Shown: piece after piece, positions 12,040 through 24,401 of the stretch
Position numbering within the stretch: position 1 is the first letter of the stretch
Layout of the letters: each line of letters opens with the position of its first letter
NCBI GenBank assembly: GCA_030390025.1
Contig: CM059438.1
Location: 60,328,001 to 60,392,000, forward strand
Reading direction: 5' to 3'
DNA length: 64,000 nt
From: Squalus acanthias
Taxonomy: Eukaryota
Notes under the pieces: model-generated
The model's input: only the letters and a program-made list of their open reading frames with translations
Database searches by the model: none
Told to the model about the DNA's origin: nothing
Position numbers and translations under genes: made by a program

Positions 12040-12505
12040 TCTAGGATGAGAGGGTTGCCCGATGAGGAGAGATCGAGTAGAATGGGCCTATATTCTCTGG
12101 AGTTTAGAAGAATGAGAGGTGATCTCATTGAAACGTATAAAATTCTTAGAGGGCTTGACAGGGTAGATGCTGAGAGGCTGTTTTTCCCTGGCTGGGGAGT
12201 CTAGAACCAGGGGTCACAGTCTCAGGATAATGGATCAGCCATTTAGTACTGACATGAGGAGAAATTGCTTCACTCAGAGGGTTGTGAATCTTTGGAATTC
12301 TCTACCCTAGAGGGCTGTGGATGCTGAATCGTTGAGTATATTCAAGGCTGAGACTGATGGATTTTTGAACTCTAGGGGAATCAAGGGATATTGGGATTGG
12401 GCGGGAAGGTGGAGTTGAGGTCGAAGATCAGCCATGACCTTATTGAATGGTGGGGCAGGCTCAAAGGGCCGAATGGCCTACTCCTGCTCCTCTTATGTTC
12501 TTAAA
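12040..12505 (+). mobile_element. CR1 3' fragment
   Basis: GLYSLEFRRMRGDLIETYKILRG... and a CTTATGTTCTT tail. Confidence 0.85.
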
Positions 12506-12598
12506 GACATTTTTGCTGAATGGTCTCAAAGTGATCAAGCATTTCTTAAATTGAAAATTAAAAAATCAGCAAGTCAAGTAAAGAATCATAGAGTTAAC

Positions 12599-12784
12599 GG
12601 GGCAATGTTAACCTAATCCGCCGTCGTAAAACTGACAGGATCGTGTGCAACACTGGTTTTACACCCTGCCCAATATTGTTCTCCGCTGGAGTCACTGGAG
12701 AGTAATATCGAACGGGGTGTCAATCCAGCGTTCCATCTGATCCCGTGGGTTTCCCGCCCGCTGAGTTAGGTTGAAATTAACCCC
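12599..12784. mobile_element. Foldback (palindromic) MITE
   Basis: Whole-length imperfect palindrome with arms of about 90 bp and GGGG...CCCC ends. Confidence 0.68.
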
Positions 12785-13361
12785 TACAGCACAGGAGGAG
12801 GCCATTTGGTGCATCGTGCCTGTGCCGGCTCTTTGAAAGAGCTGTCCAATTAGTCCCACTCAACCCTGCTCATTCCCCAGAGCCCTGCAAATTTTTCCTT
12901 TTCAAGTATATATCCAATTCCCTATGAAAGCCTATCTGTAAAAATCGCTTTCAAAGATTACATAGAATTTACAGCACAGAAACAGGCCACTCGGCCAAAC
13001 TGGTCTGTGCTGATGTTTATGCTCCACACGAGCCTCCTCCCATCCCTCTTCATCTAACCCCATCACCATATCCTTCTATTCCTTTCGCCCTCATATTATC
13101 TAGCTTTCTCTTAAATGCATCTATGCTATTTGCCCTTGCCTAACTACTCCTTGTGTGGCATATCCATAATCTCTTTGTCCCATTGAGATATGCCAGCCAG
13201 AAGCCTCATTCTCAGAGATACTTGGCAGGACAGGATAAAGTTCATTGCAGACATTTCACAGCCACATGAAAGAAGACCGCAGTTCATCTCCTGCAGAACG
13301 AGGGAGGGTGTTGCCCACAACAAGAGCCAGAGGGGTGGTTTTGATAGACAAGCTCACTGAC

Positions 13362-13460
13362 CTTCAGGCTGTGGTTTTTGCTGTTCAGAGTCTCTGCCGT
13401 GAAACGCTCCACCGAAGCTAACCTCAGCTGTAATTTCTCACAAACATCAACCAGTTTATT
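13362..13460 (-). CDS. BSPRY: BSPRY coding exon 2 (99 nt)
   Basis: Polypyrimidine tract plus CAG acceptor. Translates NKLVDVCEKLQLRLASVERFTAETLNSKNHSLK (cf. human NKIVDQCERLQLQ). Donor AAG|GTCAGT; phase 0/0. Confidence 0.93.
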
Positions 13461-13727
13461 CTGGGGAGAGAAAAAAAGGAAAGACCCAGTTACTTTTCAA
13501 CTCAGTCAGCACATTATACTGAAAGGGACTTCAAACCGCGGTGCATTAGCAACGCAAGGAGGAGGAAGTACGTCTTATTACAGCAAAGTTATTGTAACTT
13601 GTGGGATCGCAAAATGTGCAGGGGTTTGTTCAACAGTATCTGCAAAGTGATACATTCCCCATTAACACAAGGTTTAAACTACCCAATATATAACTATATT
13701 AACTATTTATATAACTATAATGACACG

Positions 13728-14195
13728 GTGTCAGCTGTGGCTCAGTGGGTAGCACTCTCGCCTCTGAGTCACAAGGTTGTGGGTTCAGGTCCCACTCCAA
13801 AGACTTGAGCAAAAAAATCTAGGCTGACACTCCAGTGCAGTACTGAGGGAGCGCCGCACTGTCGGAGGTGCTGTCTTGTGGATGAGACAATAAACCAAGG
13901 CCCTGTCTGCTCTCTCAGGTAGATGTAAAAGATCCCATGGCACTATTTCGAAAAAGAGCAGGGGAGTTATCCCCGGTGACCTGACCAATATTTATCCCTC
14001 AACCAACAGAACAAAAACAGATTATCTGGGCATCATCACAGTGCTGTTTGTGGAAGCTTGCTGTGTGCAGATTGGCTGCTGTGTTTCCTACATTACAACA
14101 GTGACTACACTTCAAAAGAACTTCATTGGCTGTAAAGCGCTTTGGGACGTCCTGAGGTCAAGAAAGGCGCTATAGAAATGCAAGTTCTTTCTTTT
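13728..14195 (+). mobile_element. Deu-domain tRNA-SINE, full length
   Basis: A box TGGCTCAGTGG, B box GGTTCAGGTCC, Deu core and tail. Confidence 0.9.
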
Positions 14196-14959
14196 TATAC
14201 ATCAATCAAGTGGCATTATGTAGATTCGTGCCTGAGGTACTCAGGACTGTAACAGAACCACCACAGACAACCACCTAATTCTCTCTTCAGGGCAGACAAG
14301 CTCTCTCGGCAGATTATCCAAATGGGGGCTGTGAGGAGGGGGTCGGACAGGCTGCCTCTCTAAACAGAAGCCTTTGGCATGGTCCAGGCTGGCAAACTCT
14401 GTGTGGGCAGAGGGTTGTGCAGGAGCCCAGCAGAGTATCTCAAGGGAGAGAAGGGGTCCCGGAGTGTAAGGGGGGCCCAGCAAACTCTCCCAGCATGGGG
14501 GGAATGGCAAACCCCACCGCACTGCAGCAAAAATCTTCATCAACATTGCCCGCATGTGGAAGAAACACTTCAAGCGGAACGGGGGCGGAATTTGTTGGGG
14601 ACCAACTTGGTCCTGGCTGACCCTGAAAACAGTCAATAGGGGAGGGGGGGGAATGCAACTCAACATTTTTCCATCAGAACATTCGGGTTAGCGGCAGGCG
14701 GCCATGGTTTTCCAGCTGCCATAGCAACACCGTCAGGAGGGGCTAGTTGGACATTATTCTCACTGCTCTAGAATTATATTCTGCTGTTTATGCTCCACAC
14801 GAGCCTCCTCTCTCCCTGCTTCATCTCACCCTATCAGCATAACCTTCTATTCCTTTCTCCCTGATGTACTTATCTAGTTTTCCCTTTAAATGCATCTATG
14901 CTATTCGCCTCAACTACTCTTTGCGGTAGCGAGTTCCACATTCTGACCACTCTCTGGGT

Positions 14960-15805
14960 AAATATTGGGAAGACCGAAGCCATTGTCTTCGGTCCCCGCC
15001 ACAAACTCTGTTTCCTAGCCACCGACTCTATCCCTCTCCTTGGCAACTGTCTGAGGCTGAACCAGACTGTTCGCAACTTTGGTGACATTTTTGACCCCGA
15101 GATTAACTTCAGACCACGAATCTGCGCCGTCACTAAGACCGCCTATTTCCACCTCCAGAACCTCGCCCGTCTCCGCCCTTGCCTCAGCTCATCTGCTGCT
15201 GAAACCCTCATCCATGCCTTTGTTACCTCTAGACTTGACTATTCCAACACACTCCTGGCTGGCCTCCCACATTCTACCCAACGTAAACTTGAGGTCATCC
15301 AAAACTCGGCTGCCCGTGTCCTAACTCGCACCACGTCCCATTCACCCATCACCCCTGTGCTCGCTGACCTACATTGGCTCCTGGTTAAGCAACACCTCAA
15401 GTTTAAAAAACATCAACCTTGTTTTCAAATCCGTCTATGGCCTCGCCCCTCCCTATCTCTGTAATCTCTTCCAGCCCCACAACCCTCTAGATATCTGCGC
15501 TCCTCTAATTATGGCCTCTTGCGCATCTCCGATTTTAATCGCTCCACCAATAGCGGCCGTGCTTTCAGCTGCCTCGGTCCAAAACTCTGGAATTCTCTCC
15601 CTAAAAATCTCCGCCTCTCTACCTCTCTCTCCTCCTTTAAGACGCTCCTTAAAACCTACCTCTTTGATCAAACTTTTGGTCATCTGTCCTAATATCTCCT
15701 TATGAGGCTCATTGTCAAACTTTGTTTGATAACACTCCTGTGAAGCGCCTTGGGATGTTTTACTATGTTAAAAGCGCTATATAAATGGAAGCTGTTGTTG
15801 TTGTG
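14960..15805 (+). mobile_element. L2 3' fragment
   Basis: NIGKTEAIVFG...LIHAFVTSRLDYSN...ITPVLADLHWL and a (TTG)n tail. Confidence 0.88.
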
Positions 15806-16380
15806 TATGAGACAGCTTTATTCACAATGCTGGAACTAACAGCGTTCCTGATTATCATCAGGCCTTCAATACACTTTCTCTATGGAATCATATTCGTATC
15901 ACACCCCCTGGCTCGAAAAGTACTAAGAAAACAATGGAAGCAAGGACAGACTCGAATTTCCATCATGCGTTTTCATATCTGGCAAAGTGCTTCTCATACA
16001 ATGGACCACTTGGAATACACACTTTTAACATGGTGATGGATTTCCATAATGACCAAAACCAAAATGTCATTCTGTATGGAGTTGGATAATCTCAGATGGA
16101 GCTGTGGTGGGGGCACCAGAATTGGTGCCAATGCCTTGAGATAATAAGCGGGGGGGCGGGGTGAGTCAGGCTGCAATACCACCACGGCTGATCGATCTGT
16201 CAGCACAAACTGTCTATGTTCATGGATGGGCACTAGCCACTAGCAGAGAACCAGAGGGTACCTGGCCTCGGTGAACAAAATATATCACCACGAGTCAGCG
16301 TCTTCAGAAAACAAGGGGAGGACATTGGGCAGGGATACAAAGAGGAGCAGTAGAGAAATGGCAGCAAGTTGGTGACACTA

Positions 16381-19300
16381 GACAGGCAAGGCGCGAGTCA
16401 GGGCGAGAGGCAGGGAGCGCGAGACAGGGAGCGCGAGGCAGGGAGCGCGAGGCAGGGCGCGAGAGACAGGGCCAGAGGCAGGGCGTGAGACAGGGCGAGA
16501 GGCAGGACGAGAGGCAGAGCCAGAGGCAGGGCGAGAGACAGGGCGAGAGGCAGGGCGTGAGACAGGGCGAGAGGCAGGGCGTGAGACAGGGCGAGAGGCA
16601 GGGCATGAGACAGGGCCAGAGGCAGGGCGTGAGACAGGGCGAGAGGCAGGGCGAGAGACAGGGCCAGAGACAGGGCGAGAGACAGGGCGAGAGACAGGGC
16701 CAGAGACAGGGCGTGAGACAGGGCGTGAGACAGGGCGTGAGACAGGGCGTGAGACAGGGCCAGAGGCAGGGCGTGAGACAGGGCGAGAGGCAGGGCCAGA
16801 GACAGGGCCAGAGACAGGGCCAGAGACAGGGCGAGAGGCAGGGCCAGAGACAGGGCGAGAGGCAGGGCCAGAGACAGGGCGAGAGGCAGGGCCAGAGACA
16901 GGGCGTGAGACAGGGCCAGAGGCAGGGCGAGAGGCAGGGCCAGAGACAGGGCCAGAGACAGGGCGAGAGGCAGGGCCAGAGACAGGGCGAGAGGCAGGGC
17001 CAGAGGCAGGGCGTGATACAGGGCCAGAGGCAGGGCGTGAGACAGGGCGAGAGGCAGGGCGTGAGACAGGGCCAGAGGCAGGGCCAGAGACAGGGCGAGA
17101 GGCAGGGCCAGAGACAGGGCGTGATACAGGGCCAGAGGCAGGGCGAGAGGCAGGGCGTGAGACAGGGCCAGAGACAGGGCGAGAGGCAGGGCCAGAGACA
17201 GGGCCAGAGACAGGGCCAGAGGCAGGGCGTGAAACAGGGCCAGAGACAGGGAGCGAGAGAGACAGGGAGCGAGAGAGACAGGGAGCGAGAGAGACAGGGA
17301 GCGAGAGAGACAGGGAGCGAGAGAGACAGGGAGCGAGAGAGACAGGGAGCGAGAGAGACAGGGAGCGAGAGAGACAGGGCCAGAGACAGGGAGCGAGAGA
17401 GACAGGGAGCGAGAGAGACAGGGCCAGAGACAGGGGCAGAGGCCGGGCCTGAGACAGGGAGTGAGGCAGGGCCTGAGACAGGGCGAGAGGCAGGGCCTGA
17501 GACAGGGCCTGAGACAGGGCGAGAGGCAGGGCCTGAGACAGGGCGAGAGGCAGGGCCTGAGACAGGGCGAGAGGCAGGGCCTGAGACAGGGGCAGAGACA
17601 GGGCGCGAGACAGGGAGCGAGGCAGGGCCTGAGACAGGGCGAGAGGCAGGGCCTGAGACAGGGCGAGAGGCAGGGCCTGAGACAGGGCGAGAGGCAGGGC
17701 CTGAGACAGGGCCTGAGACAGGGCGAGAGACAGGGCGAGAGGCAGGGCCAGAGACAGGGCGAGAGGCAGGGCCTGAGACAGGGGCAGAGACAGGGCCTGA
17801 GACAGGGAGCGAGACAGGGCCTGAGACAGGGCCTGAGACAGGGAGCGAGACAGGGCCTGAGATAGGGCGAGAGGCAGGGCCTGAGAAGGGGCAGAGACAG
17901 GGGCAGAGACAGGGGCAGAGACAGGGGCAGAGACAGGGCGCGAGGCAGGGGCAGAGACAGGGCGCGAGACAGGGAGCGAGACAGGGCGCGAGACAGGGCG
18001 CGAGACAGGGCGCGAGACAGGGCGCGAGACAGGGCGCGAGGCAGGGCGCGAGGCAGGGCGCGAGGCAGGGCGCGAGGCAGGGGCACAGACAGGGCGCGAG
18101 ACAGGGGCAGAGACAGGGCGCAAGACAGGGCGAGAGGCAGGGCCTGAGACAGGGGCAGAGACAGGGCGCGAGACAGGGAGCGAGGCAGGGCCTGAGACAG
18201 GGCGAGAGGCAGGGCCTGAGACAGGGCGAGAGGCAGGGCCTGAGACAGGGCGAGAGACAGGGCGAGAGGCAGGGCCAGAGACAGGGTGAGAGGCAGGGCC
18301 TGAGACAGGGGCAGAGACAGGGCCTGAGACAGGGAGCGAGACAGGGCCTGAGACAGGGCCTGAGACAGGGAGCGAGACAGGGCCTGAGATAGGGCGAGAG
18401 GTAGGGCCTGAGACGGGGCGAGAGGCAGGGGCAGAGACAGGGGCAGAGACAGGGCGCGAGACAGGGCGCGAGGCAGGGGCAGAGACAGGGCGCGAGGCAG
18501 GGCGCGAGGCAGGGAGCGAGACAGGGAGCGAGACAGGGCGCGAGACAGGGCGCGAGACAGGGCGCGAGACAGGGCGCGAGACAGGGCGCGAGACAGGGGC
18601 AGAGACAGGGCGCGAGGCAGGGGCAGAGACAGGGCGCGAGACAGGGGCAGAGACAGGGCGCGAGACAGGGCGCGAGGCAGGGGCAGAGACAGGGGCAGAG
18701 ACAGGGGCAGAGACAGGGCGCGAGACAGGGCGCGAGACAGGGGCAGAGACAGGGCGCGAGACAGGGCGCGAGACAGGGCGCGAGACAGGGCGCGAGACAG
18801 GGCGCGAGACAGGGCGCGAGACAGGGGCAGAGACAGGGGCAGAGACAGGGGCAGAGACAGGGGCAGAGACAGGGGCAGAGACAGGGGCAGAGACAGGGGC
18901 AGAGACAGGGCGCGAGACAGGGCGCGAGACAGGGAGCGAGGCAGGGAGCGAGGCAGGGCGCGAGGCAGGGCGCGAGGCAGGGGCAGAGACAGGGAGCGAG
19001 ACAGGGAGCGAGACAGGGAGCGAGACAGGGAGCGAGACAGGGAGCGAGACAGGGAGCGAGACAGGGAGCGAGACAGGGCGCGAGGCAGGGAGCGAGACAG
19101 TGAGCGAGGCAGGGAGCGAGACAGGGAGCGAGGCAGGGAGCGAGACAGGGCGCGAGGCAGTGAGCGAGACAGGGAGCGAGACAGTGAGCGAGGCAGGGAG
19201 CGAGGCAGGGAGCGAGACAGGGAGCGAGACAGGGAGCGAGGCAGGGCGCGAGACAGGGAGCGAGACAGGGCGCGAGGCAGTGAGCGAGACAGGGAGCGAG

Positions 19301-20365
19301 GCAGGGAGCGAGGCAGGGAGCGAGGCAGGGAGCGAGACAGGGAGCGAGACAGGGAGCGAGGCAGGGCGCGAGACAGGGGCAGAGACAGGGGCAGAGACAG
19401 GGCGCGAGGCAGGGAGCGAGGCAGGGCGCGAGACAGGGGCAGAGACAGGGAGCGAGACAGGGAGCGAGACAGGGCGCGAGGCAGGGAGCGAGACAGGGGC
19501 AGAGACAGGGCGCGAGGCAGGGCGCGAGGCAGGGAGCGAGGCAGGGAGCGAGGCAGGGAGCGAGACAGGGAGCGAGGCAGGGAGCGAGGCAGGGAGCGAG
19601 GCAGGGAGCGAGACAGGGAGCGAGGCAGGGCGCGAGACAGGGAGCGAGGCAGGGAGCGAGGCAGGGAGCGAGGCAGGGCGCGAGACAGGGAGCGAGGCAG
19701 GGAGCGAGGCAGGGAGCGAGGCAGGGAGAGAGACAGGGCGCGAGGCAGGGCGCGAGACAGTGAGCGAGGCAGGGAGCGAGACAGTGAGCGAGACAGTGAG
19801 CGAGGCAGGGAGCGAGGCAGGGAGCGAGGCAGGGAGCGAGGCAGGGAGCGAGACAGGGAGCGAGGCAGGGAGCGAGACAGGGAGCGAGGCAGGGAGCGAG
19901 ACAGGGAGCGAGGCAGGGAGCGAGGCAGGGGCAGAGACAGGGAGCGAGACAGGGAGCGAGGCAGGGAGCGAGGCAGGGAGCGAGGCAGGGAGCGAGGCAG
20001 GGGCAGAGACAGGGAGCGAGGCAGGGAGCGAGGCAGGGAGCGAGGCAGGGCGCGAGACAGTGAGCGAGGCAGGGAGCGAGGCAGGGAGCGAGGCAGGGAG
20101 CGAGACAGGGCGCGAGGCAGGGAGCGAGGCAGGGCGCGAGACAGGGCGCGAGACAGGGGCAGAGGCAGGGAGCGAGGCAGGGCGCGAGGCAGGGAGCGAG
20201 GCAGGGCGCGAGGCAGGGAGCGAGGCAGGGAGCGAGGCAGGGAGCGAGGCAGGGCGCGAGGCAGGGAGCGAGACAGGGAGCGAGACAGGGTCAGAGGCAG
20301 GGAGCGAGACAGGGTCAGAGGCAGGGCGCGAGGCAGGGAGCGAGACAGGGAGCGAGACAGGGAGC
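16381..20365. repeat. About 4-kb 12-bp minisatellite (GAG[A/G]CAGGGNNN)
   Basis: Directly visible, purine-rich on the plus strand, with a 14-bp sub-block at about 17245-17420. Confidence 0.97.
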
Positions 20366-20556
20366 GGAATGGCAAGAGTTAATGATTAAAATAAAAGTAA
20401 CAGAAAGATATTCCAGAGAGCAAGAAATAAAAAGAGAGAAATTTAAAGACAAGCAGTCCAAATAAAGAGAAGTTAGTTAAATGTTTTACATATAACCATA
20501 TTCTTCCTTTTTTTTTGGTACTATCATTAGCACATGGATGTTTTGTATACAAATAA

Positions 20557-21300
20557 TGGGCCAAAAATTGATGCCGCTACGCGAGAGTACGCACTGCGTA
20601 CTCTCGCGTATTCTCTCTCCAATTGCCGGTTTTCTGCATGCACTGCGCATGCGCTGAAAACCGGCACTTGGTCTTTGGAAAAGGGGGCGGTTCCTCAGTG
20701 CACCGCGTGCGCGCTACAGGCTGCGCGCACGCTGTGCACTTAGTGCTTTGGACGCGCAGGTAAGGACGGAAGATTTTAGAAATGAAAAAAGGAGGAGTAA
20801 GACCCACTTTTAACAAGGTAAGTAGTGAATTAAGTATTATTTTGAATTTTTTTTAACAGGTATATCTTTTTTAGAGACTTTAAAGACAGGTAAGTTTATT
20901 TTTATAACTTTTTAAAGATTTTAAATTTTTTCAAAAATTTAATTTTTTATTTAAAATTGTTAATTTATTTAACTATGCTTATTTTATTAATGTGATGGTT
21001 TTTTTTTTAATTTAATTGAGGTTTAGCTGTTATTTTGGGGGGGTGTAAGATTCATAGCTTTCACAGCACGTATGTGAAACTTATGAATGGAAGATGGTGT
21101 GCTGCCATTGGCTCTAACTGAGTCACGTGATCCCACAGCTCGCACGAATTCACTACGCCGCTGGGATACGCAAGCACTGCCCAGCTGATGTCTAGAACAT
21201 CAAGTTCGTGCGAGCTGGATCTGAAAAAGCCAACGCGGAGTGAGAGATCGCGCCTGCTCCTTACCCCCGCGGGAACAGAGCGAGATCAATTTCTGGGCCA
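20557..21300. mobile_element. TIR element related to 7169-8819
   Basis: TIR TGGGCCAAAAATTGAT / TGGCCCAGAAATTGAT. Shares GCGCATGCGCTGAAAACCGGCACTT and the AT-rich core. Confidence 0.75.
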
Positions 21301-21309
21301 TAGTTTAAG

Positions 21310-21481
21310 GTGTTAGATCTGGAATTTGTGCGATCGTGTAGAACGGGTGATAGTCAATGGGCAGCCCGTTTTACAACTCTCCTGATTTTAATTTCCATTG
21401 AAATCAATGTAGAGATGGAAAACAGGCTGCCGACTCGCTATCAAACGTTTTACACTTTGGCACAAAGTCAAGATCTACCCC
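21310..21481. mobile_element. Foldback (palindromic) MITE
   Basis: About 70-bp arms ending AAGATCTACCCC, with a central CATTGAAATCAATG. Confidence 0.68.
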
Positions 21482-22090
21482 AATAGGTTTGCCAACATAG
21501 TGACTCCACTTCAAAGTGGTTCCTTGTTTGAGAAGCACTTTGCCAGATATGAGAACGCACTATGTAAATTCAGGTCTGTCCCTGCTTCCATTGTTTTCTC
21601 AGTACTTTTTGAGCCAGGGGTGTGATAAGAAAATGATTCCATAGAGAAAATGTACGGAAACAACCTGATTATAATCAGGAACGCTATTGGTCCCAGCGCT
21701 GAGAATAATGTTGTCTCATTCCCATTGGATGTGGGTGGGAGAGGGGAGGGAGGGTTTGACTGAATCAATCTGCAGTCTCCTCTTCTCAGGTACTGTCACA
21801 GGATGGATCCCAACTGAATGGATGTGCTGGAACTCACTGAACTAACACACATCCACAAGTTAATGTGGTAATGTTTCTCACTGGTCACATGGTTTAAACT
21901 TGAGCACACTTCGCCAATGAGATCTGGTCCACATGACTCTTGGTATCTGAAAGGTCAGCACATAGCTCACAATCTCTGTCAGCGATTCCAAAGTCAAACC
22001 GACCAACTCACCGTCGAACCAAATAATGTGACCACGGAAGCTAGTCTTAAACTGAAGCTCCCATTCTCCCAAGTACAGATGTGGTAACTT

Positions 22091-22603
22091 TGGCCCAGAA
22101 ATTGGACTTCGATGGTTGCCGCGGGGGTAAGGATCCGGCGCGATCTTACCTACCGCGCCTGCCTTTATGGTTCGGGCCCACACGAACTTCAGTTCCTGGG
22201 CCTCTCCCTGGTGTCGGCGTGCAGTGTGTGCGTGTCCCAGAGGCGCAGTTAGTTCGATGCGACCTCTGGGATCACGTGGGCCAGTTAGAGCCAATGGCAG
22301 CACACAGGAAGAGCTGTCAAAACTATGAATACAACTTGCCCCCAAAAGAACAGCTAAACCTCAATTAAATTTAAAAAAAAACCATCACATTAATAAAATA
22401 ACTATAGTTAAATAAATTAACCACTTTAAACAAAAATTTAAATTTTTGAAAAAATTTAAATTCTTTTTAAAAGTTATAAAAATAAACTTCCCTTTCTTTA
22501 AAGTCTCTAAAAAAGATAAAACTGTTGAAAAAAATTTTAAATAATACTTAATTAACTACTTACCTTGTTAAAAGGGAGTCTTACTTTTTTATTTTCTGGG
22601 CCA
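22091..22603. mobile_element. Deleted, inverted relative of the 20557-21300 TIR element
   Basis: TIR TGGCCCAGAAA at both ends. The AT-rich core is the reverse complement of about 20800-20990. Confidence 0.72.
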
Positions 22604-23218
22604 ATATCCCCTATAACCTTACCCTTCGCGAGCTGTGAATAGCACTGTGCAGATTTTACAGATTTCCTCTTGATTAGGGAGAGATGGGAGTAGGGTTAGC
22701 TGTTCATTGTCCGTGTGTGGACTGTAACTACTGTTGAAACACACATTCCGCAAATCTATTCGGCCACAGCAAGCGGTTCAAGACATTCTCGATGTTTGCC
22801 TCAGTGGCTCACCATGAGACTCAGTATCTCATGGAGACTGCAGTGTGGGGTCAATGCCTGGTTTTGTTTTGTCGTACAGTACATAATGGGCCCGGATCGT
22901 GCTAGAGTGGGGCATCTTGCGGCGTGCCCCGTTAGTTAGACTTTTTACTGCACCCTTCAACTCAAAATATTTTTGCGCCGTAACTTTCTGGAAGTGCGAG
23001 CTGATAACCTGGGAATCTGGAGCCTGAGTGAACGATGGGACCAACAGTCTATCTCCTTAAACGATGAGATTTAAGGACTGAGAAACAAACAGAGGAACGA
23101 TTAGAGAAGGAGGTGAATTAGAGTCAAATCAGGTATAGAGAGGGAAAGAAAGAATGGTTTAAGAGAGGGAGAGAAAAGAGACAGAAAGGAAACATAAGAA
23201 AATTTTTTTAAACATTTA

Positions 23219-24140
23219 GGGCTCGAAATTGGGCTCCTTTGCGCCTCCCATTAGCGCCTCCGGGGGCGCTAACGGGGCGCAAATGGGTTTACGACCGGGC
23301 GCGGCGATATCAACGCCTCCCGCTAAATTCTGCGGGAGTTTTGCGGCGGTGGTAAGACGTTGCGCCCGGAGATTATGACATCATTGCCGTGCGCAGCGCC
23401 CCGAATGAAAAATTCCCTCTCGTCCCCCTGCTTGTGCGCCTGCCGTTAAGAACGACAGGTAGAGGAGGCGGCTTTCAGTCGGATGTCCCCGGGAGGAGCG
23501 CTATTTAAAGGCGCCCATATTCGGCCAACAATGCTGCGTTGTTAGTTTCACACAGGCAAAGAGGCCTTTTGGCCAATTTGCGCGTTTTGCATTTCAACGA
23601 GTGTTCTGGCACAAAGATTCTTCAGTTTCATTGAGGGGAGATTTGAAAGTGCAATATTTGGATCCTTTCATGGGGGCTGTTCTGGCACTGGATCTCGCCC
23701 TCCAGCGTTAACGTCAGAGGCAACTGAGGCACAGAGAAAGAGTGCAAAATGTGGCCAGAGGTAGGAGGGCCAACAGGGTTCTCAACAGGAGGCCTTACCC
23801 TCCCAGGGCATTCCGGCAGCAGTTCTCCTACATGAATTTCACTGAGGACCAGTGTGTTACAAGGCTCCACTTCAGCGAGGACGTGGTCACAGAGTTCTGC
23901 CACCTCCTGCAGCCAGACCTCGAACCTCAGATCAGGACCACCACGGCTCTCTCAGTGACAGTCAGGGTCACCGTCGCCCTCAATTTCTACTCCAGTGGAT
24001 CATTCCAGTGTGCGACAGGGACCTTCCTGGGGCGCTAACACCCAATTTAGTAGAAGTTCAGAATCCTTAGCGCCTGGCGCTAAATTTTCAAAATTTCAAA
24101 AGTTAGCGCCCCAAATGGGACGATACCCAATTTCACCCCC
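23219..24140 (+). mobile_element. Internally deleted PIF/Harbinger transposon
   Basis: TTA on both flanks (23216-18 and 24141-43). TIRs GGGCTCGAAATTGGG / GGGGGTGAAATTGGG. Contains a transposase N-terminal remnant. Confidence 0.85.
23742..24038 (+). pseudogene. Harbinger (HARBI1-like) transposase N-terminal fragment
   Basis: RRPYPPR..SYMNFTEDQCVTRLHF..VVTEFCHLLQPDL...ALSVTVRVTVALNFYSSGSFQ. Truncated before the DDE core. Confidence 0.8.
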
Positions 24141-24401
24141 TTAAAATTTGACATTTTTTAAATCGCTAAGAACAATTTATCACCTGGAGGAATGAGACTT
24201 AAAGTTTGAATTGTTCACTTTCTGGGCCAGAGAGGTTGATTGGCCGTCATTAACAATTATCACGTTGTTAAAAGGGTACTTACACTGTTAATTACCAGAC
24301 TTAACTTTCTGTGGCGAGTTCTTAAAAATAACGAGGAGGCTAAGGGCTAGATGCAGTTTGTGCGAGGCAAATGGCGGAGTGGCGTAAATCAACCAGCAAG
24401 T

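Noticed and set aside
13728..13800. tRNA gene
   Set aside because: A/B-box head of a SINE that continues into the Deu domain.
16378..20389. Very long ORFs (up to 1325 aa, RS/RQG-rich)
   Set aside because: Produced by a stop-free 12-bp repeat that is open in several frames on both strands; intronic, with no gene structure.
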